A stretch of DNA of 57,315 nt, counting the filler, from Barthelona sp. PAP020 (Eukaryota): NCBI GenBank assembly GCA_040182905.1. It is 2 parts of 2 records of this genome, joined end to end, with 100 filler letters (N's around TTAATTAATTAA, not from the genome) between each part and the next. Parts side by side here need not be neighbours in the genome. Positions count along the whole stretch, not along the records: positions 28,797 to 57,315 come from JARQWU010000122.1; 1 more part is not named here. One strand, given 5' to 3'. This document shows positions 51,301 through 57,315 of this stretch, one piece after another. The position numbers and the translations under genes were made by a program. Position 1 is the first letter of the stretch; each line of letters begins with the position of its first letter. The notes under the pieces were generated by a model. It had not been told where the DNA came from. It saw only the letters and a program-made list of their open reading frames with translations, and ran no database searches.

Positions 51301-53331
51301 TACTTGATAACGCTTAACGATATCCATAACTTCAGGACTTTGATGTTCTGGTAAAACAACAGATAATAGTTCATACAAGCTCGTTAATCTGTCTAATAAT
51401 TGAGATGCCCATATTGCTCTAGATGAAAATGGTGCTGAATAATTCAACATTGGAGGATCTTTTTTGTTAACATCAAAATATTTCTGAAGTTTTGTCAATT
51501 CATTGCCAAACAAACTCCATAATTCCAAAATTTTCTTTTCTATAAATCTCTCGAAATTTTCTCTTGAAACAAGATGTTTAAAAGATTCCAACAAAAATAC
51601 AAGGTTTTCCAAATTTGCATGATTATCAAACGAACTCATCAGTAAATTAATCAAAACAATTTCCAGATGTTTAATATTTTGTTTGAACAAAGCAAATTCA
51701 TCGTACCATGTCGTAATCTTCACATTTAACACATCTTCTCGCAAATTGGACAAAGATAATAGATACTTATTGAAATGATTCTCAATATCAGATAAATTGG
51801 TGAATATGAAATTAGAGTATGCACCTGAAAACACAGGATATAATATTTCATCCAAATAACTTCCAAACTCTTCAATATTCATGGGCTTTAAATTTAAATA
51901 AGCATTGAAACCATTGTGTTGAAATAAGGAATCAATCTGTATGTCTCCATTCTTCTTTCTATTCATAACCCATTGATCAAACATGATCTTTGTTCTTGAA
52001 ATTACACCATTCTTACTGAACTGTAATTGATATTCACAAATCTCCCCCAAATCTCGACACCTTTGAACAAATGCATCAACATGAGCAAATAAAGCAGAAA
52101 TCTCAATGTCCCATGTCATTCCATTACTATTAATATGTTCAACAAAGTGTAAATATAAAGCTTTCCAACGTTCACATAATCCAATAGCATCAGTCAATAT
52201 GTCTAATTGTTCAGTAAAACTACTATTATTTGCTTTATCAGTGGATTCACCTGTATTTCCATTTGTTTTCAAAACAGTAGTCAAATCAATAGACTTAATA
52301 CATATACATATCAATTGATTACTTATCTTCTTGATCAAGGTGGAAATATGTTTATCATTAGAATAGAAAAGAGATTTACTCCAAATCAGTCGAACACGGT
52401 TTAAGATTTCAGCCAATTCATCAGAATACATTAAAGCACCTGGAGTTAATGTATTCATCTGTTCACATACATCTCTTAAGATGGAAATATGTTGATAATT
52501 CTTCATTGATTCCAAACATTTCTCTTCAACGATTTTAGTCAAGCTAGAAAACCCCTGTAAATACGTTGATTGAGAATATTGTAAAATAGTTATGATGTTC
52601 TTAATCTCTGGTTTCTTTATTTGACTTCTAATCCCATTTAAATCAACAACACGTCTTTGCCAAAACTCAATTTCATCTAAAGGACCTTCATTCTCTTGAA
52701 CTTCAACATTCTCTTGATGAGCTATAGCTTCCTGTATTTGATGAGTCCAATAAATTACAACCGATTCTAAAAGTTGAACAATATGTTTCTTAGAAGATGC
52801 ATATTCAACATTTGCCAACTCAGGATCTTGTGGAACATACAAAACAGTTAAATTATGTAGTTGATATGCATTCTCTGTTAATTCAGCCATAAATCGATGT
52901 AAATGACTGGAAAATTCAACTTTAATTGCATCAGGCCAAGAATTTTGAGTCTTCATATTAGGAAGAAACAAGTTTATCATCAATTGCAACAAACTATCTA
53001 TAGGATGTCCTAACATAACCCCGTGTTGCAAGGAATATATAGTTTCAGACGTTAAAGGCTCATTATTTGTTTTTAAAAAATACACTACTTTGGAATTGGG
53101 TTCATGATCAATAAATTGTTCAATTTCAAGCGAATTAATTATCTTAAAATTGCCACCTTTTGTACAAAAAGCCAACAACACAGGAAACTGATTATCATCA
53201 AGAAATCTTGCAACTTGTTCATGAATATCAGGAGTAAAACTTGTGGGAAAAACAACATTAGGTAACTCAATCCGCTGTAAAATCCAATCTACACAAACAA
53301 TTATATCTTTTAGATGTTCGGATTCATCCAT
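39322..53331 (-). CDS. DNAH2: Axonemal dynein heavy chain, inner-arm I1-beta (DNAH2/DHC10) type
   Basis: 4669 aa with a DHC_N1 tail (GPLDEIEFW), P-loops GPAGTGKT, GLPGSGKS, GETGVGKS and GVGGSGRQ, KEIFGAQPPLELLRQ, and a C-terminal YPVRTGTRERPSY...WIKRGTALLLSL typical of the DNAH2 clade. Confidence 0.93.
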   Translation of the reverse strand: MDESEHLKDIIVCVDWILQRIELPNVVFPTSFTPDIHEQVARFLDDNQFPVLLAFCTKGGNFKIINSLEIEQFIDHEPNSKVVYFLKTNNEPLTSETIYSLQHGVMLGHPIDSLLQLMINLFLPNMKTQNSWPDAIKVEFSSHLHRFMAELTENAYQLHNLTVLYVPQDPELANVEYASSKKHIVQLLESVVIYWTHQIQEAIAHQENVEVQENEGPLDEIEFWQRRVVDLNGIRSQIKKPEIKNIITILQYSQSTYLQGFSSLTKIVEEKCLESMKNYQHISILRDVCEQMNTLTPGALMYSDELAEILNRVRLIWSKSLFYSNDKHISTLIKKISNQLICICIKSIDLTTVLKTNGNTGESTDKANNSSFTEQLDILTDAIGLCERWKALYLHFVEHINSNGMTWDIEISALFAHVDAFVQRCRDLGEICEYQLQFSKNGVISRTKIMFDQWVMNRKKNGDIQIDSLFQHNGFNAYLNLKPMNIEEFGSYLDEILYPVFSGAYSNFIFTNLSDIENHFNKYLLSLSNLREDVLNVKITTWYDEFALFKQNIKHLEIVLINLLMSSFDNHANLENLVFLLESFKHLVSRENFERFIEKKILELWSLFGNELTKLQKYFDVNKKDPPMLNYSAPFSSRAIWASQLLDRLTSLYELLSVVLPEHQSPEVMDIVKRYQVFKTNVLQQTKNIYSDWVEKISEHNYNSAPHNPLLVRDSTNLINHNRQSPLAAIPFVCNFDPALFELFEEVKGFQYLNMDIPYSAAYQFQDVDWLIILKQYVTEACANYNEIVFLLKPEEQELFKMKLQSLDVKYRPGIERLTWQSKNVLDFLFSCKNVAENVREVITDFKNNHNKILTILDEMKNVNLLNVKKKHLYSIKEFEEQQDIHMETQIRYFLQSYNSLLETLLASYIHFEGDGPQVQKAWMLYILSIENILQNNLKKFVKTNLNTLFNLLIGGSGNDDENSNQRIVKEIQPLFNVSVILSLKEIKLSPDITEINSLLRNLINKVVSITQQFPRLFVSLVDDCNFDRGLLELFEEHMTEIQSIDSDKFITTITNKAWFKEYIVIDNNNDNEFNQGKLLSYYQQLNQDNEIKTIMNDLLSNLGLLNGNLKDFLKDIDRKYKHLWLTSKEEFFSNFISKIEGNSQNIIDMIDGLFAKLTDLDIKSLNGANITVSIFNLFSKIIKNSKSNEIVVTIDDLKIEDQSTVNILQNNLDGYVQFELNNIDNIQRNLGKYKENIQFIQTEEMVVIKHFLYINLSVLKNELIFYCNDWINGYVDLLYQLFVGNLHNYSQFFKDQIKFLNQNIGDLGLLENVVLKLLKMKKQLLYRSYSLKALHHYYQTLQLLSYGGFEDDIVEEYENLPNLAKNFLTQLNVNVDSIEKTKVKFRDAQLTEMKTFGTSCVEFTQKVTDNAPKDDEIPINEAFEILDQYNALLEELKAKETRLQANLLLFNVHSPDRKDLMEIEQSLANLREIWELKKNWLSQFNVWKNMKFLNLKLTEIDNACNIASKKLNKLGRDLRKVNVWAMSRQRVEDVKKLIPLIEHIKNPALQKRHWKALKEEIGQDFDTKADDFTLQKILDMKLIYYSEIIESLSITATQEQAISNDLNEIETIWRDSSLIISATMHREGSSRYYLIKIEDAGNIFAIEEEHITKLTAMRANRYVASFLVQVEYWDKHLSTMVENLELFLQVQRDWVYMDSIFSLSEGITRQLPLVAKKFDIVTSDWNNLTQGFVEKHKNHAFDGLTDPEVKINLKKMFEMLESIQKSLEDYLETKRMAFPRFYFLSNDDLLEWLGKAHDRSVINRHIKKCFFYVSHLQASEGTRMLVTGMYSNDGELLQFSNPITIEGSVEDYMHLIEKQMVSTMKLLLFNCYQALKQNPYKREKWIKQHLGQLAITTGQVFWTGAVEKALMDLEKGQSKNVLKYLAKRQMMLLTRLTNFVRAESTNKLDRLKTIGLITIEVHGRDVIQKLYLNNVNKTTDFDWTMQLRFSITDELCYAHQTDYTFDYQYEYLGNPGRLVVTPLTDRCYLTLTTALALRRGGNPQGPAGTGKTETVRDLAKAMGTNCAVFNCSEGLDYKSVGRMFSGLVQTGGWGCFDEFNRIDIEVLSVVAQQVSTILEAISGNLKHFMFEGRQIKLNSSCGIFVTMNPGYAGRTELPDNLKSLFRPISMMRPDFSLIAEISLYSEGFTKAKVLSKKITSLFNLMFQQLSKQDHYDFGMRAIKSVLVAAGNSRRSDLTASEEIIVLRALRDSNLPKLIAEDAKLFDGLIQDLMPGLDIPEPNRDAFLNAMRDELKANGLQVDETIITKAFQLYETKAVRHGVMIVGLPGSGKSTTWHVLKNSMTRLSLSDENFVPVHSYELNPKVIELYGEYNLQTREWKDGVLSVTLRNVSSITENKDERWIVFDGPIDTLWIESMNTVLDDNKVLTLINSERIAFPNHVSFLFETRDLAVASPATVSRCGMVYFDRDILGWRPYWNSWLEKRCKNKLFEGQAALMEELTEKYLVKAIEAHEEWDELVPITILNAIQSFCVLFDTLAIPDNGVVYGTDKEGFYRLVEMYFAFTLTWTLGGAATGTCRKKFDMFLRTIDGSFPPTNTVFEYYVDFKRKAWAHWSDKLSANWKPAENVAYFKHMVPTASTVRFQYLLDCLLPVHRNLLIVGETGVGKSSYVDHSLNRFVGQNSNYNRMDINFSAQTSSQQLQGLFEEKLEHRQNMYIPKHATYEIAFIDDFNMPAKEIFGAQPPLELLRQYIDYGCWYDLSKQTRQKILNLQFIAAMGPPGGGRQVIDDRLQSRFHVLNIPEPDDDEIKRIFGTLLSSHLQSGFEESVLLLSEKLIQGTTDIYHLMVTGFLPTPSKSHYIFNLRDVSKVIQGLLMSTPTYSRDQMLKLWIHEMFRVFGDKLADDDDNAKFLSNIQSKVSDYFDTSLNKLCKAGQLPMFGDFMSRDMSYQLLPAITQVQSWMVDKMCDYDSEHKMPMNLVLFNDALQHICRINRILKQPRGNVMLVGVGGSGRQSLTRLAAYIAEMDVFQIELASNYGQPEFRADMRNLYKKCGLEAKPTVFLLSDAQVTEEIFFEDINNILSNGQIPQLFEGDELMALREELTTLYRSNCKGQPETHELMWAFFIERVRTNLHVVLCMSPVGDAFRDRVRQFPALVSCTTIDWFNRWPADALLEVAERGLEDLEKIEPKIRKRIAEVLVSCHTLVEEESDRMGFELRRSNFVTPTSFLQLVEMYVGLNKNKEKEIVKNKGKLETGLSKLLATRKEVEVMTVKLDHTKIEVANNANECDALLVELIAKRTDVDAQAQQVEQQKEILSREEADLKVQARQASEDLDRVMPILAKAELALQNLNRAAIADIKVMGNPPYHVQLVCGALMILLKHDTDWSSVQSALANASLLTDLQNYPKESITDTMIRKLGKFTHNADWNLNRIKTVSEPSFVLAEWIVAMEEFAKVNKVVAPKKARVARLSAELEIKQSNLREAEERVAELKQKIEDLNLLYAEKDNYKKELERQAKETEDKLRRADSIVNGLADERGRWEETIALYEIDIDNLPGDCLLASAFLSYAGPFPSEYRAILLKKWSENILNAHINCSSNFKLIDFLVEPTIVRSWNIQGLPSDNFSIENGILVQKSVRWPLMIDPQSQANKWIRNLEEDNSLKILTLSANSFVRDLEMAIRYGDPVLLENVGEEIDPILNPILNRDFIIEGGITKIRLGDKLIDYNESFKLFLTTKLHNPTYSPEISAKTTIVNFAVKEKGLEEQLLGLVVQKEMPKLEEKKNELVLSMAEQKRKMVELEDKIVMLLNETDNVLEDETLVNTLTDSKTTSEKIKQDLLDAQATEKRIDESRENYRTIAERASILFFVLNDMARVDPMYQFSLDSYIELFSLSISKAKRNDDLKERISDILATHTLAFYRYVCRGLFAKHKLLLSFQMCIKIMMNDRQIEYSEYQFFLRGGVVLDKAKQLPNPQSWLAESAWDNIHELAKLPAFHGLLGGFESSVDADLWKNWYQNETPEFEPLPADWESKLTEMQKMLIVRCLREDRILSAVTQFVSNNLGEDFIDPPTFDLESAFTDSTNLTPLIFILSPGVDPYHMLASFAQLKGMSEKFRSVALGQGQTPIAESAIEKAMASGGWVLLANCHLSVSWLPDLEKIIASLPGQKVHPRFRLWLSSNPHPKFPISILQSAVKITTEPPRGVKANMLRIYGGREGVPNTNQIAYKRMLFGLAYFHSLLIERRKFMTLGWNVVYDFNDSDFEISERLLRSYLQKMTSEGEIDWKGLRYLTGDASYGGRVTDDWDRRLLKVYMNDIYSDATLNEPNRQLCRLDNYFIPADGHLQDYVERIQTWRLQDPPEIFGQHFNADIASAIQESQLLLDTVLSLQPRIVSKDTQSREEVVLSLIEKLKKSLPKLLDIEATRIAIGDDVTPLTTVLLQEMYRYNVLLEVIEEDLLRLEKGIQGLVVISPDLEDILNSYYDNRVPAKHSFAYPSIKPLASWIRDLDERINQMRNWGERITPLTVFWLAGFTFPTGFLTALLQTSARRTGVPIDTFAFEFNVMTQTEHELLHGPSDGAYIKGLYLEGARWDVEKSRLAEPHPMVLVDEMPIIHFKPIETRKRPSNAIYQCPAYMYPVRTGTRERPSYVTTVELACEEDESNKWIKRGTALLLSLST

Positions 53332-53589
53332 CTAATTCAAAAAAAAGTTTTTAATTTTGTGCTTTTTTTTTTAATTCAATAGCATATTGACCTTTTTTAT
53401 TGTTGAAATTGGAACCTTCAAGACGTTATATTAACTTTATTTCTCAATGAATAACTAAAAACTATTTATTTTTTTTTTTCCTTTTCAAGTTTTTATACAA
53501 TTATTTATTTTATAAATTATATTAAAATTTAAAAATGATTCGAAAAATTGGTGAAATGTTTGTTGCGATTTTTTTTAACACATTTTTTG

Positions 53590-53928
53590 ATGGCTGAACG
53601 TGTATTTTTGCTGAAAAGTGACACTATTGGAAGTGAAAACCCAGATTTAGGTGCTGTGTTGATGAAAGGATTTTTAAAATCTCTTCTAAAAGAAGAAATA
53701 TTGCCAAAGAAAATTCTTTGTGTCAACTCTGCTGTAACGATGACATTTGACGAAAAATCTGAAGCTTTGCCTTTACTTCAAGAATTGTCTGAAAAAGGGG
53801 TTGAAATAATGAGTTGTTTAACATGCTTAAAATTTTATCAGGCTGAAGATGATTTAAAAGTTGGAAGGCTTATGAATGCTATTGAAATGACTCACAATCT
53901 TTGTGTTGAAAATGTTGTTGTTTTGTAA
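53590..53928 (+). CDS. DsrE-family protein resembling the C-terminal domain of bacterial sulfurtransferase-like selenium metabolism protein YedF
   Basis: SDTIG....LG..LMKGF...L......P..I...NSAV......S.....L..L...GVEI.SCLTCLKFY.....LKVG...N. 112 aa from ATG 53590. Confidence 0.85.
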   Translation: MAERVFLLKSDTIGSENPDLGAVLMKGFLKSLLKEEILPKKILCVNSAVTMTFDEKSEALPLLQELSEKGVEIMSCLTCLKFYQAEDDLKVGRLMNAIEMTHNLCVENVVVL

Positions 53929-54044
53929 AATCTTTGAAATTTTTTCTTTTTTTTCCTTTGCTTGTTTTTTCCCTTTGAAATTTGGCAATAAAAAAGGAAA
54001 CAAAATATATTTTATAATTTATTGGAAAATTAGACAAAAAGTAA

Positions 54045-55598
54045 CTAATCAACTTCCATATCCATCTCTTCTTCACTATCTGATATAGCAATTGGTTCTT
54101 CAGGTTTACTGATATCTTTTATAATATTATGGCCATTAATCATCGAACATGTTGAAGTAATGGATAATTTTTTAATAATATATAAAGGTGCAGTGTATAA
54201 ATAACAACCTTCCTTTAGTCTGTTCAAAATAATATTTTTTTTTTCTGCAGCTAAAACAGGATTGATGTCCAGTGGAGTTTTACACAAATGAATCATCCAA
54301 TCCTCCAATAGATCCCATTTATGAGTCTTTATTAGCAATCTTCCATAAATTTCAAACGCTTCTGGAGTAGGGCTTCGATCTAAAAATTCTTTAACCAATT
54401 GAATAGCACTCTCAATATTTTGCCTTTCTAAAAGCTCAGATGCAGCAAATACACAAGCAGGCAATGAACTCTTCCACAATATTTGCACGGGATCTCCATG
54501 ATCGGGACGGTTTTCTCCTTGATCTGCAACAATGTAGTCAGGATGCCTCAACAAAAAAGAAGAGAGACGAAGGTAACCCAGTGGATTGTAAGGTTGGTTA
54601 CTGATAAGTGTAACAAGATTCAATCTGGAATTTTCCAAATCCCCAGTCCTTTCCAAATATTCAGCAGCATTTACAAATCCAAAATCACGAAAAAGGAGAG
54701 ATTTTCTTAACGCATTTTCTGCTTCCTCGCAAGCTTTTTCTAAGCCATAAACCTTTTCAGTTAAAGCCAAACGAAAGTCCCAAAACGACTCATAATTATT
54801 ACAAGGCATAGCAGCTCTTTCAAAAATCACAGGTAATAGTTCAACTTCATGTTCAGATATGTACTTGGCATATTCACACCAAGATGTGATTTGTCCAGAG
54901 GGCAATCCTCGTGGGTCAAAATATCTTCTGGAAATTCTTCGTTCAAAGGGCAAAATGCTTTGCATTCTTAATAAAGTTTTTTGATGAGCTTGTGTCCATG
55001 CCATTTGATACTTTTGTCTTAAACCATCATCATCAACGATTTCACCAGGTTCAAATTCAAAAACTTTATCCTTTTCAAGATATATTTCAGAAACAGGCGC
55101 AACATGAAGCATTTGAATCAAAGTTCTAAAAAGCTCAGATGCATCAACAAGATAATTATGAATTGCTAATCTAGCCCATTTGAAAGCATGCTGATACTGT
55201 TGTCCTCGTGTCAATTCAAACTTGAAATAATCCAAATATAAAGGTGTTGCATCATAACTGTATTTTACATTTTCTAATGCACTATGATAAATAGCTCTAA
55301 CAATATTTGTATCATTCATATGCATTACAGATACTGTTGAGCAATATTTTCTCCAAATATCAACACAGAAAGGTATTTTTTGAGTAGCATCTTTCAAAAC
55401 ATCTTTACATTCAGGACCTTTTCCTTGTTGAAGTAAAAATTCACTATATTTAATCCATATCATATGACATAATGGAAATATTTCAAGAAATTGTTTGAAT
55501 AACTCGATAGTTGTTTCTGGTTCATCTTTCACAATAGAATCTTTGATCAATTTCATCCAGTGTCCATAGTTTTCGGCATTTGGTTGTTGATCACTCAT
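54045..55598 (-). CDS. PRP39: Pre-mRNA-processing factor 39 (U1 snRNP HAT-repeat protein)
   Basis: FLEIFPLCHMIWIKY, IPFCVDIWRKYC, FERRISRRYFDPRGLPSGQITSW, FERAAMPCNNYESFW are Prp39 HAT signatures. Confidence 0.88.
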   Translation of the reverse strand: MSDQQPNAENYGHWMKLIKDSIVKDEPETTIELFKQFLEIFPLCHMIWIKYSEFLLQQGKGPECKDVLKDATQKIPFCVDIWRKYCSTVSVMHMNDTNIVRAIYHSALENVKYSYDATPLYLDYFKFELTRGQQYQHAFKWARLAIHNYLVDASELFRTLIQMLHVAPVSEIYLEKDKVFEFEPGEIVDDDGLRQKYQMAWTQAHQKTLLRMQSILPFERRISRRYFDPRGLPSGQITSWCEYAKYISEHEVELLPVIFERAAMPCNNYESFWDFRLALTEKVYGLEKACEEAENALRKSLLFRDFGFVNAAEYLERTGDLENSRLNLVTLISNQPYNPLGYLRLSSFLLRHPDYIVADQGENRPDHGDPVQILWKSSLPACVFAASELLERQNIESAIQLVKEFLDRSPTPEAFEIYGRLLIKTHKWDLLEDWMIHLCKTPLDINPVLAAEKKNIILNRLKEGCYLYTAPLYIIKKLSITSTCSMINGHNIIKDISKPEEPIAISDSEEEMDMEVD

Positions 55599-55755
55599 TG
55601 ATATCTGATTATTATTTTCTTTTTCTTAATTTTTTTTACCTTGAAGATATTTATCAACCGAAAAAAATCAGATTTTGACTCATATAGAAAACAATTGAAG
55701 AAAACATTTAAGAACCAATTCAAAAACAAAAAAAGGAATAAAAGGAAACTATTTA

Positions 55756-57003
55756 TCAAATTAAATCCGGCAAACTATCATCACTGAAATCATCAGTGTC
55801 TGTATCATTTTCTACACAATTTTCTTGAACGAAATCATCCACGTCATCCACATCAAGAACGTCACTATTCTTTGTTGTTTTTTCTTCAAACACAAAATTT
55901 TTTTCGGCAAATAAGGTCGATCTTGAAGTATTTTCTAACTTTCTTGTTGATTTAGCCTTGACTTTACTGACTGCATTTTCTCTTTTTTGTTCCTTTCGAC
56001 CAATAACAGTATTTGAACCAACTTTTTTCATGAAAACAACCAATTGACCATTTTGTTGCAACCTTGCACAAGTAGATTCATCTGATAATACCTCATAAGG
56101 TAAAATTAACCTGAAAAATTTGGATTTGATATCCACCTCTATTCTATTAGGAAAAACCTCACAATTAATTGCTTGAGTCGGAATATGACTTGGTATCATC
56201 AATCTAAATTCAAGATGAGTTCCAATATCACATTCAACACGTTTAATATCTGTTTCTTTCAAAACAAACTCCAACCTTAATTCATTGCAATTCTTTGAAG
56301 GATCAAGTTTAATCTTCTGAATGCTGTCTTTTTTATGGTCAGTAAGAGATTTTTGGGTTTTTGACTTTTTTGACTCTTCATTTTTCTTTTCCATATCCTC
56401 AATAGTTGTTATCGCTAAAGCGGCATCAAAATCTTCTTCACTATATTCAGGTCTCTTTTGATAAATATTTTTCTCTTTTCTATCTTCAATCCATTCATGA
56501 ATTTGTTCCAAGATCAAATCTTCCTGTTCAAATGCAGTTCTTCTCTCAATTGGTGAAATATCAGTACCATCAAGTATCAACAACTCAGGTAAGGTTAAAA
56601 TAACAAACAAACGGTAGTTAGGACATTCTGACAAAGGATTTCCGATCAAATGCAACTCACGCAAATTGTAGTTAGCCCTCAAATTCTGAATGGACATAAT
56701 ATCATCAATATAATTAGCAGTAAAATCTAATTTCTCCAAACTTTCACATTTATCCAATCCTTCTATTGTTATTAACTGATTTATGGCTATGTTCAAGTAT
56801 TTCAAATTTTTAAGTCTGTTCAAATTTTCTAGCTTTCTAATACAATTATTTTGTAAGAATAATATCTCCAATTCCCTACAATATTTACCTATCGTATCGA
56901 TATGTGTTAAATTAAATTGATGCAAAGTTATTTCTTTCAGATTTGACAATTGATAATCATTATGTTCGGATCTGCGTCTTAACAAATCAAGTGTAATTCT
57001 CAT
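55756..57003 (-). CDS. LRRC6: Dynein axonemal assembly factor LRRC6/DNAAF11 (TilB)
   Basis: MRITLDLLRRRSEHND..LS.L.EI.LHQ, LRRs, YRLFVILTLP.L..LDG, and a CS-like domain (K.FRLILP.EV..D.S...R....G.L...M.K). Confidence 0.93.
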   Translation of the reverse strand: MRITLDLLRRRSEHNDYQLSNLKEITLHQFNLTHIDTIGKYCRELEILFLQNNCIRKLENLNRLKNLKYLNIAINQLITIEGLDKCESLEKLDFTANYIDDIMSIQNLRANYNLRELHLIGNPLSECPNYRLFVILTLPELLILDGTDISPIERRTAFEQEDLILEQIHEWIEDRKEKNIYQKRPEYSEEDFDAALAITTIEDMEKKNEESKKSKTQKSLTDHKKDSIQKIKLDPSKNCNELRLEFVLKETDIKRVECDIGTHLEFRLMIPSHIPTQAINCEVFPNRIEVDIKSKFFRLILPYEVLSDESTCARLQQNGQLVVFMKKVGSNTVIGRKEQKRENAVSKVKAKSTRKLENTSRSTLFAEKNFVFEEKTTKNSDVLDVDDVDDFVQENCVENDTDTDDFSDDSLPDLI

Positions 57004-57218
57004 TACATTCGTTTCAACCAGAACAAAAAATTCAAATTCTCAATTTAAAAAATTGAAAATTTTATACAATAAAAGAATAGACATCCAGAATACATAAAAC
57101 ACATTCACATTTTCTAAATGTAAAAAATATTTCAAAAAAATATTTCAATTTTTCATCTCATTTTTGAGATAAAAATTCAAATTTCTTAATACATTTTTTT
57201 GTATTTGTATATTCCTAA

Positions 57219-57315
<97 letters not shown>

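Overview
Very AT-rich, gene-dense eukaryotic DNA read with the standard genetic code. About 25 CDSs are visible, none needing an intron, and most sit in head-to-head pairs separated by about 95-260 bp. The organism is a flagellated protist: the window encodes an inner-arm I1-beta/DNAH2-type dynein heavy chain, LRRC6/DNAAF11, a TBC1D32/BROMI-like protein and beta-tubulin. Compactness, intron poverty and an anaerobe-type bacterial gene fit a metamonad-like lineage, but that is inference. Housekeeping genes include PABP, SNU23/ZMAT2, DCAF7, PP5, AMP deaminase (cut by a gap), a GDE1-type glycerophosphodiesterase, NFX1, thiamine pyrophosphokinase, PRP39 and a pecanex-like protein. There are two assembly gaps, one carrying an artificial TTAATTAATTAA linker. 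The most notable items are (1) a soluble protein fusing a FIST/NosP-type sensor to a class III nucleotide cyclase that lacks half of the catalytic residues, (2) a bacterial YedF/DsrE-type sulfur/selenium-transfer gene beside the dynein gene, and (3) several GC-richer structured intergenic segments, the best being a ~256-nt candidate ncRNA closed by a terminal helix and followed by T11. All protein family calls come from motif recognition by eye, not from database searches.
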